A DNA stretch of 64,000 bases, from assembly GCA_963675295.2 (NCBI GenBank), contig CAXXKJ010000002.1, forward strand, positions 1,344,001-1,408,000. The letters are read 5' to 3'. Every line of letters starts with the position of its first letter. The first letter of the stretch is position 1. Position numbers and translations under genes: made by a program. The notes under the pieces were generated by a model. That model ran no database searches. It was not told the DNA's origin and saw only the letters and a list, made by a program, of their open reading frames with translations. This stretch comes from a bacterium (lineage in GTDB: Bacteria > Electryoneota > Electryoneia > Electryoneales > Electryoneaceae). Shown here piece after piece: positions 17,197-27,505 of the stretch.

Positions 17197-19689
17197 TTAA
17201 AACAGCACCTGCGTCGCCATCAGGTACATCGCGAACGCGACCATCATCAGGCCTTCCCCGGCGATGAATCCGGACGCCATGGACGCGCCGAACTTGTCGG
17301 CCCGTTCGGCGTGACGGCGGCCGTAGAGGTAGAACACGAACGATCCGAGCCACATCGCCATCGAGTAGACCGCGGGCACCATGAAGGCGATCCCGAACGC
17401 GACCGGGCTCGGCAGCCACGGGCTGATCTTCTTGAACCTGGCGTGGATGATCGGGAACAGGATGCCCATCCCCGCGCCGACCAGCGCCGCCCACAGCGCA
17501 CCCGGTGGGAGGGCGTCCACGCCGACCGAGAGGATCTCCGCCATCTTGTACCACGCGTACACCGCCGGCCCGGGGAACTCGGGTCCCGGGATCTCATAAA
17601 CCGCTGACAGCACCTTGAACGTACCTGCCGCGGCAAACACACCGGCCCCGACACCGATAATCTGGCTGATCACCTGCCGCCGGATCGACGCCTTGAGGAT
17701 GTACCCCGCTTTGAAGTCATGCATCAGGTCGCCGGATTGCGACGCGCCGGAACTGGTTACGGCAGCCGCCATCAGGTTGATTGCCATGTTCGCTGGTGCA
17801 AGCGCGGCGTAAATCGCCTGGGTAATCTTACCCATTGCGCCGACCGGGTTGATGTCGGTTTCGCCGGTTGCACGCACCGCGATGGACGCCAGCAGCAGCG
17901 ACATGATCACCCCAAGAATCCCCATCCAGATCGGAATTTCGAACAGGTACCAGGCGAGAGTGACTGTGATCGCGGTGGCGATCGTCATCCCGATAATCCA
18001 CCATGACATCGGGTACGGGTCCGGCGCGTCCGGTTCGCCGTCATCGTCAGCTGGGTGGGCTGCTCCCTTGGCAACACCCGCAAGGCTGGAGAAGGTTTTC
18101 AGGACCGTTCTCCACTGCAACGCCAGCGCGGTCAGAGACGCGGTGATCATCACCGCAACCCCGGGCCACAGCACCCAGTTGAACCCGGCGCGGTACGGGC
18201 TGGTGGTGTCGGGCAGGCCGATGGTGAGTGTGCGCTTGTGTTCGTTGGACTCCAGGTTCAGCTCTTTCAACGTCAGCAGCGGTTTTTCTTCTTCCAGCAA
18301 CTGACGGGTCTCGGCCAGCAACGCATCCGCCCGTGCCCGCACCTGTTCGGCCGCGTTCGTGGTGATCCCTTCCGCGTCCAGCCGTTCCGCGACTTCGATG
18401 TAAGGCCCGGAAATCGCGTCAAAGTTCGACTCTCCATACCGGATCGCCGTCATCGACTCCCGCGCCAGATCGGCACGTAACTGGAACAGCAGGTGTTCGA
18501 CGGGTCGCTCTGTCTGCGCCTGTTTCGCGAATGCGCGCAGGCTGTCGAGGTAAGAGGTATTTGCGCCGGCATGGACGAGCAGAGCAGCTGCGGCGTCCAG
18601 GTGCGGTTTGGTCGCGGCCTGCTTGTCCGGCAACTCGGTTTCGGACAACGTTCCGTCCTTTGCCGCGGCAATCAGGTCATCGCTTAACGAATCATACAGG
18701 TTGATGATGTCGGACCGGGTGTACTCCGCGATCACGGTACCGACTGTCCAGCCGTCACGATTGTCCGCGATCCGTTGCGCACGGAACAACTCGTCGTCCA
18801 GGTGACGCCGCAGCTCCGCCTCGGCGGAGGACGGCTCCTTCTCCGATGCTCCGGCTGCTTCAGCGGCCATTGAGGTTCGCACCTGCGCCATGTCGGGCAT
18901 GATCTCGACCACGCCCTTGTTGATCAGGATCGGAGTGATCACCGCCCACGCGATAATCGCCCCGCCGAACAACGACCAGCCGACCTTCGGCCCGATCAGA
19001 ATCCCCGCGCCGAACATCATCGGCGACAGGTTCAATCCCAGCGAGAGCTGGTACAACGGAACCCCGAGAATCGCCAGCGTGAACAACCCGAAGTCGTCAA
19101 AGCCCAGCACCTCGAACGGCGACAGACCGATCGGTTCGATCAGGTACAGCAGCTTCAACAACGCCGCACCGATTCCCGCCCACAGCAGCACCCGAGTCTT
19201 CTTCACCGCTTCCGCGCCGGAGGCGAACATCGCCTTGATCGTCTCGGCGGTCGCGGTGCCGGTCGGGTAGCGCAACTTTTCCACCACCACCATCTGCCGC
19301 CGCAACGGGACCGCGAAATGGGAGCCGAGGAAGGCGACCGACGCGCCCCACGCGAGCAGCATCGCGAACGACAACGGCTCGAGCCCGTTGTTCGCCCGGA
19401 TCATCTCCAGCGCCGGGATCGCGGAGACAAATCCACCGGCGGAGGCGAGTGTCCCGGCCGACGATCCACCGGTCGCGGAGATCAGTGTTTCCTTGGGAGT
19501 AAACGGTCGCGACTTGATCGTGCTGAACAGGGCGAAGCTGATCACCGCGGAGGTAATCGCCGCGCCGAAAGTCCAGCCGATTTTCAAGCCGATGGCGACA
19601 TTGGATGCAGCGATCAGGCAACCGACAAACAGTCCGGAAACGACGGCTCGCACCGTGAGTTCAGATGACGGGGGTCCGGTCTTGCTCAT
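17197..19689 (-). CDS. OPT/YSL-family oligopeptide transporter with ~235-aa soluble insertion
   Basis: ELTVRAVVSG, LKIGW, VPLRRQMVV.EKLRYPTGTATAE, GETDINP, DLMHDFKAG, ASGFIAGEGL. Confidence 0.92.
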   Translation of the reverse strand: MSKTGPPSSELTVRAVVSGLFVGCLIAASNVAIGLKIGWTFGAAITSAVISFALFSTIKSRPFTPKETLISATGGSSAGTLASAGGFVSAIPALEMIRANNGLEPLSFAMLLAWGASVAFLGSHFAVPLRRQMVVVEKLRYPTGTATAETIKAMFASGAEAVKKTRVLLWAGIGAALLKLLYLIEPIGLSPFEVLGFDDFGLFTLAILGVPLYQLSLGLNLSPMMFGAGILIGPKVGWSLFGGAIIAWAVITPILINKGVVEIMPDMAQVRTSMAAEAAGASEKEPSSAEAELRRHLDDELFRAQRIADNRDGWTVGTVIAEYTRSDIINLYDSLSDDLIAAAKDGTLSETELPDKQAATKPHLDAAAALLVHAGANTSYLDSLRAFAKQAQTERPVEHLLFQLRADLARESMTAIRYGESNFDAISGPYIEVAERLDAEGITTNAAEQVRARADALLAETRQLLEEEKPLLTLKELNLESNEHKRTLTIGLPDTTSPYRAGFNWVLWPGVAVMITASLTALALQWRTVLKTFSSLAGVAKGAAHPADDDGEPDAPDPYPMSWWIIGMTIATAITVTLAWYLFEIPIWMGILGVIMSLLLASIAVRATGETDINPVGAMGKITQAIYAALAPANMAINLMAAAVTSSGASQSGDLMHDFKAGYILKASIRRQVISQIIGVGAGVFAAAGTFKVLSAVYEIPGPEFPGPAVYAWYKMAEILSVGVDALPPGALWAALVGAGMGILFPIIHARFKKISPWLPSPVAFGIAFMVPAVYSMAMWLGSFVFYLYGRRHAERADKFGASMASGFIAGEGLMMVAFAMYLMATQVLF

Positions 19690-19957
19690 GGGCCTCCTTG
19701 GCCGGGTTTGGTGAAAAACAGTATTCGTTCTACGAACGCTAAATGTTAGTAGTTCCTAACACACGAGCAAGAGAAAAGGTCGGATCTCGGGAGTTTGTTT
19801 CGGGATGGGTCTCTGGTGGGTGAACGAACAGGATGGGAGTTGCTTGCTGCGTGAGCCCGTACCTCTTGCATCCGTGGGGAGAGAGGGATACTATCGGAGC
19901 AACTTTCGACGGCGGGGAGATTGCCAACAGGACAGGCGGACTGTGAGACGAATTCCG

Positions 19958-20761
19958 GTGAACTTGAAGAAGCTGAAGATGATCGGCGGCCCGTGGCTGC
20001 TGATCGTGGTCGGGGCGTTGAGCCTGCTGGGCGTGCTGGTGTCGCTGTTCACCCGCCGCAAACGATCACCCGCACGAAAGCCCGGTACGAACGAGTCCGC
20101 CAACTCGTTGACAATCAAGATCTGCTGCATTCAGAACGCGCGGGAGGCCCGGCTCGCGTTGAAGCACGGCGCGGACTACCTCGGCCTCGTCTCGGCGATG
20201 CCCTCCGGTCCGGGACCGATCACGGATGACGAGATCGCGGAGATTGTCAGCAGCCTCGAGGACGCGCGTCCGGCGGTGTTGCTGACCAGCCTGAACGATG
20301 TCGACATGATCGTGCGCCAACAGGGCAAGACCGGCGCACGGATGCTGCAGCTGTGTACACGGTTGTCATCCAACCAGCTACGTGAGTTGCGGGTCTGGCT
20401 GCCGAACATCAAGCTGATGCCGGTGGTGCATGTCTCCGGCCCGGAAGCGGTGACGACCGCGCGTGAGCTCGCTCCGCTCGCCGATATGCTGCTGCTCGAC
20501 AGCGGCTCGCCGAACGCGAAGGTGCCGGTGCTCGGCGGTACCGGCAGGACGCATGACTGGGAGATCAGCGCGGAAATCGTGCGTTCGGTCCGGATTCCGG
20601 TCTTTCTCGCCGGCGGCTTGTCGCCGGACAATGTTGCGGAAGCGATCGAACGTGTTCGTCCGGCCGGTGTCGATATCTGCTCCGGTGTCCGTACGAATGG
20701 CGCGCTGGACGAACAGAAACTGGCGCGGTACATCAAGGCGGTGCGGGCAGTTTCGATGTAG
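19958..20761 (+). CDS. trpF: Phosphoribosylanthranilate isomerase (stand-alone) with possible N-terminal TM anchor
   Basis: IKICCI...EA..A...GAD.LGLV, LLLDSG, GGTGRTHDW, FLAGGLSPDNV, GVDICSGV; start uncertain (19958/19979/20108). Confidence 0.88.
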   Translation: MNLKKLKMIGGPWLLIVVGALSLLGVLVSLFTRRKRSPARKPGTNESANSLTIKICCIQNAREARLALKHGADYLGLVSAMPSGPGPITDDEIAEIVSSLEDARPAVLLTSLNDVDMIVRQQGKTGARMLQLCTRLSSNQLRELRVWLPNIKLMPVVHVSGPEAVTTARELAPLADMLLLDSGSPNAKVPVLGGTGRTHDWEISAEIVRSVRIPVFLAGGLSPDNVAEAIERVRPAGVDICSGVRTNGALDEQKLARYIKAVRAVSM

Positions 20762-20808
20762 CCGGCTGCCTGCGTGGTTGTTGAATGAAGACTTGAGCGC
20801 ATCGTACT

Positions 20809-20885
20809 TGCCCTCGGGCTCCAGCCCGGGATTAGCCGCCAGTCAAGCCCCCACCGTACCCACGTCCTCGGGCTTCAGTCCGGGA
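20809..20885. repeat. Two short REP-like GGGCT(T/C)CAG(C/T)CCGGG palindromes
   Basis: CCTCGGGCTCCAGCCCGGG and CCTCGGGCTTCAGTCCGGG downstream of trpF. Confidence 0.55.
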
Positions 20886-21213
20886 AGAAAAACCGTTTCA
20901 ACGAATGGTGCCCGTGATTGACCGCCGGTCAGTTTCGGCGGCTATCGCGGGTTGTCCGTCTGGATGGTGAGATCCGTCTGGGGGATACGATCCGCCCGAC
21001 GTGCCCCTGTGACCCGCCGCCAGGCGGACCGCAGGGCTGATCCAGACTCGATGTGCCCCTGATGGCTCCGCCAGCAGGGCTCATCCGCCATTTTCTTTGT
21101 CTCACATCTCACATCTCGCATCTCAGCTCTATCCTTACACACCGCCCAGGACCCGCTCCCTTGCATCACCAGCCACCACTCGTCACTTTATTCCAACCAC
21201 ACCGGGGGATGCA

Positions 21214-22785
21214 ATGAGACGGTACCTGACACATCGCGAATATCTGCTTGACCTGGCCGTAGCGGCCATCCTTTCGCTCGCTCTTCCCACAGCACTCCAC
21301 GCCCAGCAGGAACTCTCCGGCCCGCAATCAGGGACATTGGCGGCTGGCGTGTACGACGTGATCGGCGACGTATCGGTTGCCGACGGCCACCATTGGACGT
21401 TGTCCGCCGGTGTGCACCTGCGGTTCTATCCGGGCACACGTTGCCTGGTGAACGGCACGCTGGTCGCGAATGGCGCAGAAGGTGACAGCGTCTACTTCAC
21501 GCGCTACGATGGTGACCAGGCGTGGAGCGGGATCGACGTTGTCGACTTCGCTTACATCGGCTTGGATCATGCGGTCGTGACCGGCAGCGACGACAACGGG
21601 ATCTACTGCTGGTCCAGCATCCTGAAGCTGACGCATAGTCGTGTGTCCTACAATTCAGACGACACAGAAGAAGGTGGTGGGATTTACTGTGAATGGGCTG
21701 ATTTTGACTCAGTCTTCCATTCCGATCTGACTAATAATGACGGCAGCGGTTATTATGGCTACTTTGTCACTCTCAAACTGCGTGAGTCTGTAATCGCGAA
21801 CAACGTTGGGCGTGGATTAGCGGTAGTCGGTTCTTATGTTGATTGCGACAAGATATTGTTCGATTCTAATTATAATTCTGCAGTTTACACAGGAGTATCA
21901 TTTGTTTATGCTGATAGTTGCCGCTTCACAAATAATTCAGCAGCTAATGGCGGCGCTGTATATGCTCAAGGTTCGATTTACGCAACTTATTCCCTGTTTG
22001 AGAACAACTCAGCAATATACGATGGTGGCGTCTTCTACAGACCATCTTATGGAGCAACAAGAGCAGAGAATTGTGTGTTGGTAAATAATACAGCTGGTCA
22101 GCATGGTTCTGTATTCTATTTTGATGCTTCGCAAATACGTAATTGCATAATTTCTAATAATATCGGTGATGCAGCGATTTATTCCTATGGTAATGGTACA
22201 ATACCCTACTATAACATCTTTTACAACAATGGTGAAAACATGCTGACCGAGGAACCGCGATCACCAGTCATTCATTTCGAAGAAATCACGATGGTCAACG
22301 TCAACGGCGACTCCTGCGATCCTCATTTCAACCTATTCATGGACCCTGAGTTCGACCCAGAATCCGAGGATCTATTCCATCTGCTTTCCACCTCGCCCGC
22401 CATTGACGCCGGCGATCCGGATAATCCGCACGACCCGGACAGCACCATCGCCGACATTGGCATGCACTATTACGACCAGGGCAGCGCGGTTTGGGGTGTC
22501 CCGATATCGTCTGCTCCACCAGCCGAATTCAGCATCATCCGTGCCTACCCGAACCCGTTCAATTCGACGGTGACGGTTGCGTTTATCTTGCCCGAGCCGT
22601 CCGTCGTCGAAATGGCCGTGTATACGGTCACCGGACAGCGCGTCGACACGATCCCGCTTGGCCGACGATCCGGTCAACAGGTCGTCTCCTGGACCGCACC
22701 GGACGGGCTGGCGTCGGGGGTGTACCTGCTGCGTCTGGACGGGGGAGGGATGCACGCGTCGCGGAAGGTGGTGTTCCTCAAGTAG
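21214..22785 (+). CDS. Secreted right-handed parallel beta-helix (pectin-lyase/Pmp-like) protein with T9SS-type CTD
   Basis: Signal peptide; NN.A..GG repeats; SPAIDAGDP..DPD.T.ADIG; AYPNPFNST...LASGVY. Confidence 0.85.
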   Translation: MRRYLTHREYLLDLAVAAILSLALPTALHAQQELSGPQSGTLAAGVYDVIGDVSVADGHHWTLSAGVHLRFYPGTRCLVNGTLVANGAEGDSVYFTRYDGDQAWSGIDVVDFAYIGLDHAVVTGSDDNGIYCWSSILKLTHSRVSYNSDDTEEGGGIYCEWADFDSVFHSDLTNNDGSGYYGYFVTLKLRESVIANNVGRGLAVVGSYVDCDKILFDSNYNSAVYTGVSFVYADSCRFTNNSAANGGAVYAQGSIYATYSLFENNSAIYDGGVFYRPSYGATRAENCVLVNNTAGQHGSVFYFDASQIRNCIISNNIGDAAIYSYGNGTIPYYNIFYNNGENMLTEEPRSPVIHFEEITMVNVNGDSCDPHFNLFMDPEFDPESEDLFHLLSTSPAIDAGDPDNPHDPDSTIADIGMHYYDQGSAVWGVPISSAPPAEFSIIRAYPNPFNSTVTVAFILPEPSVVEMAVYTVTGQRVDTIPLGRRSGQQVVSWTAPDGLASGVYLLRLDGGGMHASRKVVFLK

Positions 22786-22869
22786 CAGTCTTGAGTCCTG
22801 AGACCTGAGTCTTGAGACAAATCGCGATGCCCGCGGGAGCTTCAGTTCGCTACCGCGGCTTATCCGAAC

Positions 22870-23367
22870 CTACCAGTACTTCACCACCAGTTCCTGGGTG
22901 ACAGGTTCGTTTCCGACCACGAACACGGCAGCATCCCAGGACGGCGGCCCGCCAGCTTTAACGACGGTCGAGGTACCGTACCCTTCTTTCGGAATGCCGA
23001 GGAAGTTGCTGTCGAGTTCCTCGTCCAGGTCTTCGTCGTGGAAGTAAATCAGCGCGTACTCGCCGGGCGGCACGTTTTCGAACACATGTGTCGCGGACCC
23101 GTCCACGATCTCGGCGGTTGCCAGCGCGTACGCTTCTTCCGGTTTCTTCGGGAACGTGTCTTCGCTGTTGTGCAACGCCATCATCAGCAGCCCGTCATCA
23201 TTGCGGAAGCCGTTAATGACGAAGGTGAGGTCCACGCCCGCCGAATCAGACCTCGCAGCGGCCAGCGTTTCAGTGGAAGCTGCCGTCGAGTCGGACGGTA
23301 GAGCAAAAACCGGCGACGCGAGCAGCAGCGCTGCCAGCGTCACCGGGATGAGGTATCGTGTACTCAT
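22870..23367 (-). CDS. DUF2141-family exported protein
   Basis: F..VPPGEYAL..FHDED.D..LDSNFLGIPKEGYG.S motif; signal peptide. Confidence 0.85.
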   Translation of the reverse strand: MSTRYLIPVTLAALLLASPVFALPSDSTAASTETLAAARSDSAGVDLTFVINGFRNDDGLLMMALHNSEDTFPKKPEEAYALATAEIVDGSATHVFENVPPGEYALIYFHDEDLDEELDSNFLGIPKEGYGTSTVVKAGGPPSWDAAVFVVGNEPVTQELVVKYW

Positions 23368-23377
23368 AGGCCGTAGA

Positions 23378-24343
23378 TCACTCAAATTCGAGCAGATAGA
23401 TGTTCTGGGACTGTTCGGTCAGCAACCGGGTTCCGCTCGGCGCGGCGGCGGGAACCTGTGTTCCACGGATCTCGCCTTCACGTCCCGTTTCCAGGTTGAT
23501 GTACTGAATGCCGCTCAGCGATTCGCCGTTGAGCAGATCGCAGTAGAAGTTGGTGCCGTCCGCGCTGACACTCGGACGTGTCCCGGCGGCAATAAAGACC
23601 GAATACGATTCACCGGCCACGTTGATCCGCAGCACCTGCGTCAACGTGTTCGCGGCCAGCTGACTGACGTACAGTTCATCCTCAGTCGGGTTCCAGCAGT
23701 AGTCGGCGCCGACGTCGGTGACCACCTGCACGACGTCCATTGTCGACAATGTCAGGATGTTCAGGTTGAAGCCGGACGGATGCGTGAGGAACGCGATCTT
23801 GGTTCCGTCACCGTTGACCACCGGCCAGCCACCGTTGACCAGCGGGTTGAACACGCCCGGGTCTGCAACATCGACCCAGCCGATCACGCCGCTGGCGTTT
23901 TCCATCACCACGGTGTCATCGTCAATGAAATCGGGCCGTTTCCCGCCCTGCATCAGCAGGATCGGGTCGCCCGGCGGGTCGCTGAGCTCGGCCACATACA
24001 CCCCGCCGTCGAGGGCGGGTGTGCTGAACGCGGTCCACGTGCCCGATGGCGACACGACGTAGTCATCGTTCTTCGCTTCGCCGTAGATCTCGGTCACATT
24101 CCCGTCGAGATCGCTGCGGAACAGGCCCGGTGTGCCGGAATCGTCCGCGTAGTTGAACAGGAAACTGTTGTCGTCGATCCAGACCGGGTAGTCGGCGTTT
24201 TCCACGATCAGCGTACGGTCCGCGTCAATGGAATCGTCCGGATTGTCGTCGCCTCCACCATCACCGCCGCAGCCGGTGAACAGGGCCAACGGCAGCAGCA
24301 GGGCAATGAGGCCCGCTCGGTGCAGCCAGTGCCTAGCGTTCAT
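23378..24343 (-). CDS. TolB-like beta-propeller lipoprotein
   Basis: Lipobox LFTGC; SPSG/NGDG/SADG blade repeats. Confidence 0.7.
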   Translation of the reverse strand: MNARHWLHRAGLIALLLPLALFTGCGGDGGGDDNPDDSIDADRTLIVENADYPVWIDDNSFLFNYADDSGTPGLFRSDLDGNVTEIYGEAKNDDYVVSPSGTWTAFSTPALDGGVYVAELSDPPGDPILLMQGGKRPDFIDDDTVVMENASGVIGWVDVADPGVFNPLVNGGWPVVNGDGTKIAFLTHPSGFNLNILTLSTMDVVQVVTDVGADYCWNPTEDELYVSQLAANTLTQVLRINVAGESYSVFIAAGTRPSVSADGTNFYCDLLNGESLSGIQYINLETGREGEIRGTQVPAAAPSGTRLLTEQSQNIYLLEFE

Positions 24344-25679
24344 AGATGATCTCGTAAGTCAGGTTAACAGTCTGGCCGGCCGGGACGAGCACATCAAACG
24401 CCGCCGTCCGTGCATCGACCTTGATCATGTCAATCGCGGTGTTGTCCACATTCGCGCTGGGGATGTTCCAGTCGCCGAACACCCGTTCCAGCACGCGCAC
24501 GGTAACATCGTCATCGCCGGAGTTGCCGAGCTTGACCGAATAGGTTTGCGTGGTGTTGTCGCCTTCGCCACGGCCTTCGTGCATCCGAGTACGTTCCGCC
24601 GTAATGTCGAACACCTGGCCGACATTCAGGTCCACAGGCGATCCCGGCGGCGTGTCGTCAATCCGGTCCTCGCCGATGAAAAGCGACGTGCCTTGGAGGA
24701 TTTCGTAGACTCGAACGTCCCCATACGGCAACGCGGCCTGCGCGTCGAATTCGACATGCGCCGAAACGCGATCGTCGAAGATCGTCGCGTCGTACACGTA
24801 GCTGCGTTTCACCTCTGCGGCGTGTCCGGAGAGTAGCACGATCCGCGTGTTGTGATCCGCGAGCAGCTCGCCATCTTCCGCCTGCCAGCGTCGCACATCA
24901 CCGAACCGTGACTCTGTGCCACTCGCCATCGCGCCCGGCGCCGGGTTCATGCGGTCAACACGCCGGCGGTCGCCCGCCAGGTGAATGTGTCCGCCGATGA
25001 AGCTGATGGTGTCGTACGCCAGGTTCATCCCGGTTTCGTTGACCACGACGGCAGTCGAAATCATCCCGGCACGATTGCCCTCGAGCACGATCTTGTGTTC
25101 GCCGGTCCAGTACATGCCCTCGGTCAGGTACGTGAGACGGATGGTAACCTCACCACGTTTCTCGGCGGTGTAATCCCAGAGCAGGGACGGAGTTGTCGAG
25201 AGCTGCGGCGCGAAGTTCTCCAGCTTGTTGCCCTCGATGCGGTCTTTGTCGATCACGGTCAACGTCTCGGAATCGTCATCCTCCTGGACATACAGGTCGT
25301 CGTCCTGGTACATCCGCAGCAGCCCTTTGACCTTGTCGCCATCGTCGATCTTGAACTCGACCATCTCACCGACCTGCGCCTGCCAGTACTTGTCGATGTC
25401 GAAGTCGAGGGCGGTGAAGCCGATGCTGTGGGTCATCACCTCAGCGTCGCTGACCTCGATGCTGACGCTACCCTCGAGGATATCCTGCGCGATGCCGAAG
25501 AGGCGCACGGAGTTGCGTCCACGTTCAAGTTCGACGGTTCGCACTTCCTGGATTTCGCTGATGTCACGGGTGTAAACGACGATGTCTCGGGAAACGAGTT
25601 CGCTGTGCTGCGCGAAGGTGGTTACGCTGGGCAGCACCAACAGGGCAAGCAACAGAAACAAAACGACTCGGCGTGGCAT
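24333..25679 (-). CDS. DUF4139-domain exported protein
   Basis: Signal peptide; LTYLTEGMYW, V.NETG, LPYGDVRVY, FIGED.I..TP, G.VFDI. Confidence 0.8.
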   Translation of the reverse strand: MPRRVVLFLLLALLVLPSVTTFAQHSELVSRDIVVYTRDISEIQEVRTVELERGRNSVRLFGIAQDILEGSVSIEVSDAEVMTHSIGFTALDFDIDKYWQAQVGEMVEFKIDDGDKVKGLLRMYQDDDLYVQEDDDSETLTVIDKDRIEGNKLENFAPQLSTTPSLLWDYTAEKRGEVTIRLTYLTEGMYWTGEHKIVLEGNRAGMISTAVVVNETGMNLAYDTISFIGGHIHLAGDRRRVDRMNPAPGAMASGTESRFGDVRRWQAEDGELLADHNTRIVLLSGHAAEVKRSYVYDATIFDDRVSAHVEFDAQAALPYGDVRVYEILQGTSLFIGEDRIDDTPPGSPVDLNVGQVFDITAERTRMHEGRGEGDNTTQTYSVKLGNSGDDDVTVRVLERVFGDWNIPSANVDNTAIDMIKVDARTAAFDVLVPAGQTVNLTYEIIYER

Positions 25680-25895
25680 GATCTGGTTCTCCTCGGAATT
25701 CCGTCCTTCCACGACAACGGATTCGTGTTTTGTACAATACAGCTAAGGTAAACGTTCCTGCCGCGAGATGCGACCTCTGAAGCAGGGTACTGCTTTTGCT
25801 GTGACCACACTGAAAATACTGGAAACACAGGGGACACTTACTCCGTTAAATTTGCACTGTGTGTACCTGAATCGAATCATCTATGGGAGATACAA

Positions 25896-25935
25896 ATTCA
25901 GCATCCGGGGACACTTTGGGGACAAAGTGTCCCCG
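25896..25935. repeat. GGGGACA palindrome family copy 3
   Basis: ATTCAGCATCCGGGGACACTTTG-GGGA-CAAAGTGTCCCCG; 37/40 identical to 48973..49012. Confidence 0.85.
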
Positions 25936-25994
25936 TCTCAGGCGAAAGCCTGCCGTGATCGAACTTCCTGAGCCTCAAGCCCGGGGCCCGCTTT

Positions 25995-26525
25995 TCAACC
26001 CTGCGCCGCGTCGATTTGATCCCGCACCCGCCGTCGCAGGTCGGAGATCGTGTCCTGCGCCTGCGCGAGGTCTTCGTCCAGCGAGAGCAGGTCAGTCAGG
26101 TTGCGTGCGACGACCACTGCCGCGACAACCCGTCGTGTCTCATCCTCGACCGGTGCCGCTTTCGCTGTCAGCCATAGCGCCGGTCCGGCAAATTGCGGGA
26201 TGGTCCAGTCGAACGTAATCTCCGAGTTGGATGAGATCGCCTCCGCAGCCCGGCGTCCAATCTCACGCGCGCGATCATCGTGGAACGCTTCGTCCACCGG
26301 GTAGCCGACCACCGCGTCCGCACTCAACCCGAGCAGCTTCAGCCCCTGGCGATTCATTTCAACCAGCCTGCCGTCCCGCTCGATCACCGCGACGATATCG
26401 TTAGCGGTGTTCAGGATGGACCGGTAGCGGGCACGGATCGCTTTCAGCCGTGAATCGCTGTCGCGCAGTTTGCTGACTTCTTTTTTCAGGTGCTGGTAAT
26501 CCTCCCAGAATTCCTGGGTGTCCAT
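25995..26525 (-). CDS. Stand-alone PAS-domain protein with flanking coiled coils
   Basis: RYRSILNTANDIV.VI..DGRLVEMN...LLG.SA..VVG; ends VVARNLT; GGAGG RBS. Confidence 0.8.
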   Translation of the reverse strand: MDTQEFWEDYQHLKKEVSKLRDSDSRLKAIRARYRSILNTANDIVAVIERDGRLVEMNRQGLKLLGLSADAVVGYPVDEAFHDDRAREIGRRAAEAISSNSEITFDWTIPQFAGPALWLTAKAAPVEDETRRVVAAVVVARNLTDLLSLDEDLAQAQDTISDLRRRVRDQIDAAQG

Positions 26526-26751
26526 CGTGCCTCCGAGGTGTCGTGAGCCGTGACCTTAAGTGTACGCTCTCGGTCCGGAATGATGCTCCCGTCCGCACAC
26601 CGCGAATCCGCGCCACGAGAACTCAACTTCACGTCCCGGCTACGACGAACCCCATCACTCCGTTCGCGCTGTCTGCAACGAGTTCCCTTGTCCGCACTCG
26701 ACCGGTTCTTTATCTTGTTTCGACCCCAAACTTCTTTTTGACGGAGTTCGC

Positions 26752-27354
26752 ATGTCGTCCCCGGCCGGCTATTTCGCGGAAAGCCTGCGGTTGTACAACC
26801 AGCTCGACCGCATCGCGACCCTGTTGCGCAGCGAATTACGCGACACGGCCAGCCGTCACCAGCTCACTCTCGCGCAGTTGCAGGCACTGCATTACCTGCT
26901 GGAATGCAACCGTTTCAGCGATACTCCATTGGCGTTGGCGGAATTCCAGGGTACGACCAAGGGCACGATGAGTGCGACGGTCTCCGTGCTCGAAGAAAAG
27001 GGCATGATCGAGAAGGTCGGGGACAAGCGCGATGGCCGCGTGGTGCACTGCCGCCTCACCGAAACCGGCCGCGCGCTGGCAATCCAGTCTTTCCCGCCGA
27101 TCTCGTTGCAGCGGTTGATGATCCAACGCGTCGATACATCCGCCCTGCGCCAGGAGCTGGACAAGTTCACCGATCGTCTGCAACAGAAAACCCGCCTCCG
27201 CAGCTTCGGCACCTGTACTACCTGCTGTTTCTTCCAGCCCGGTACTTCCGCACAGCCATCCCGATGTTCAGTGTTCGATACCGATCTGACTGATGAAGAT
27301 CAAACCGGCATCTGCCGGGAACATTCGCCGCGTCCGGTGGAAAAACAGCGTTGA
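26752..27354 (+). CDS. MarR-family regulator with C-terminal Cys motif
   Basis: LTLAQLQAL, TKGTMSATVSVLEEKGMI, DGRVV..RLTETG; FGTCTTC..C..ICREH tail. Confidence 0.85.
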   Translation: MSSPAGYFAESLRLYNQLDRIATLLRSELRDTASRHQLTLAQLQALHYLLECNRFSDTPLALAEFQGTTKGTMSATVSVLEEKGMIEKVGDKRDGRVVHCRLTETGRALAIQSFPPISLQRLMIQRVDTSALRQELDKFTDRLQQKTRLRSFGTCTTCCFFQPGTSAQPSRCSVFDTDLTDEDQTGICREHSPRPVEKQR

Positions 27355-27505
27355 CCTCGTCGCGAACCCGACAAATCACCACAAGTTGTACAGTTTACTT
27401 ATATAATAGATATGATCGATCAGTAATATAATTATGGCACGAGATTTGTGGTAGGTAGGGCAGGTGATTCAATCTGAAACGTCACGCTGCATCAGGGAGG
27501 TACAG

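Noticed and set aside
17132-17554. 140-aa ORF ending in a Q/K-rich tail
   Set aside because: Alternative frame of the OPT gene reading into the 9/10-mer array
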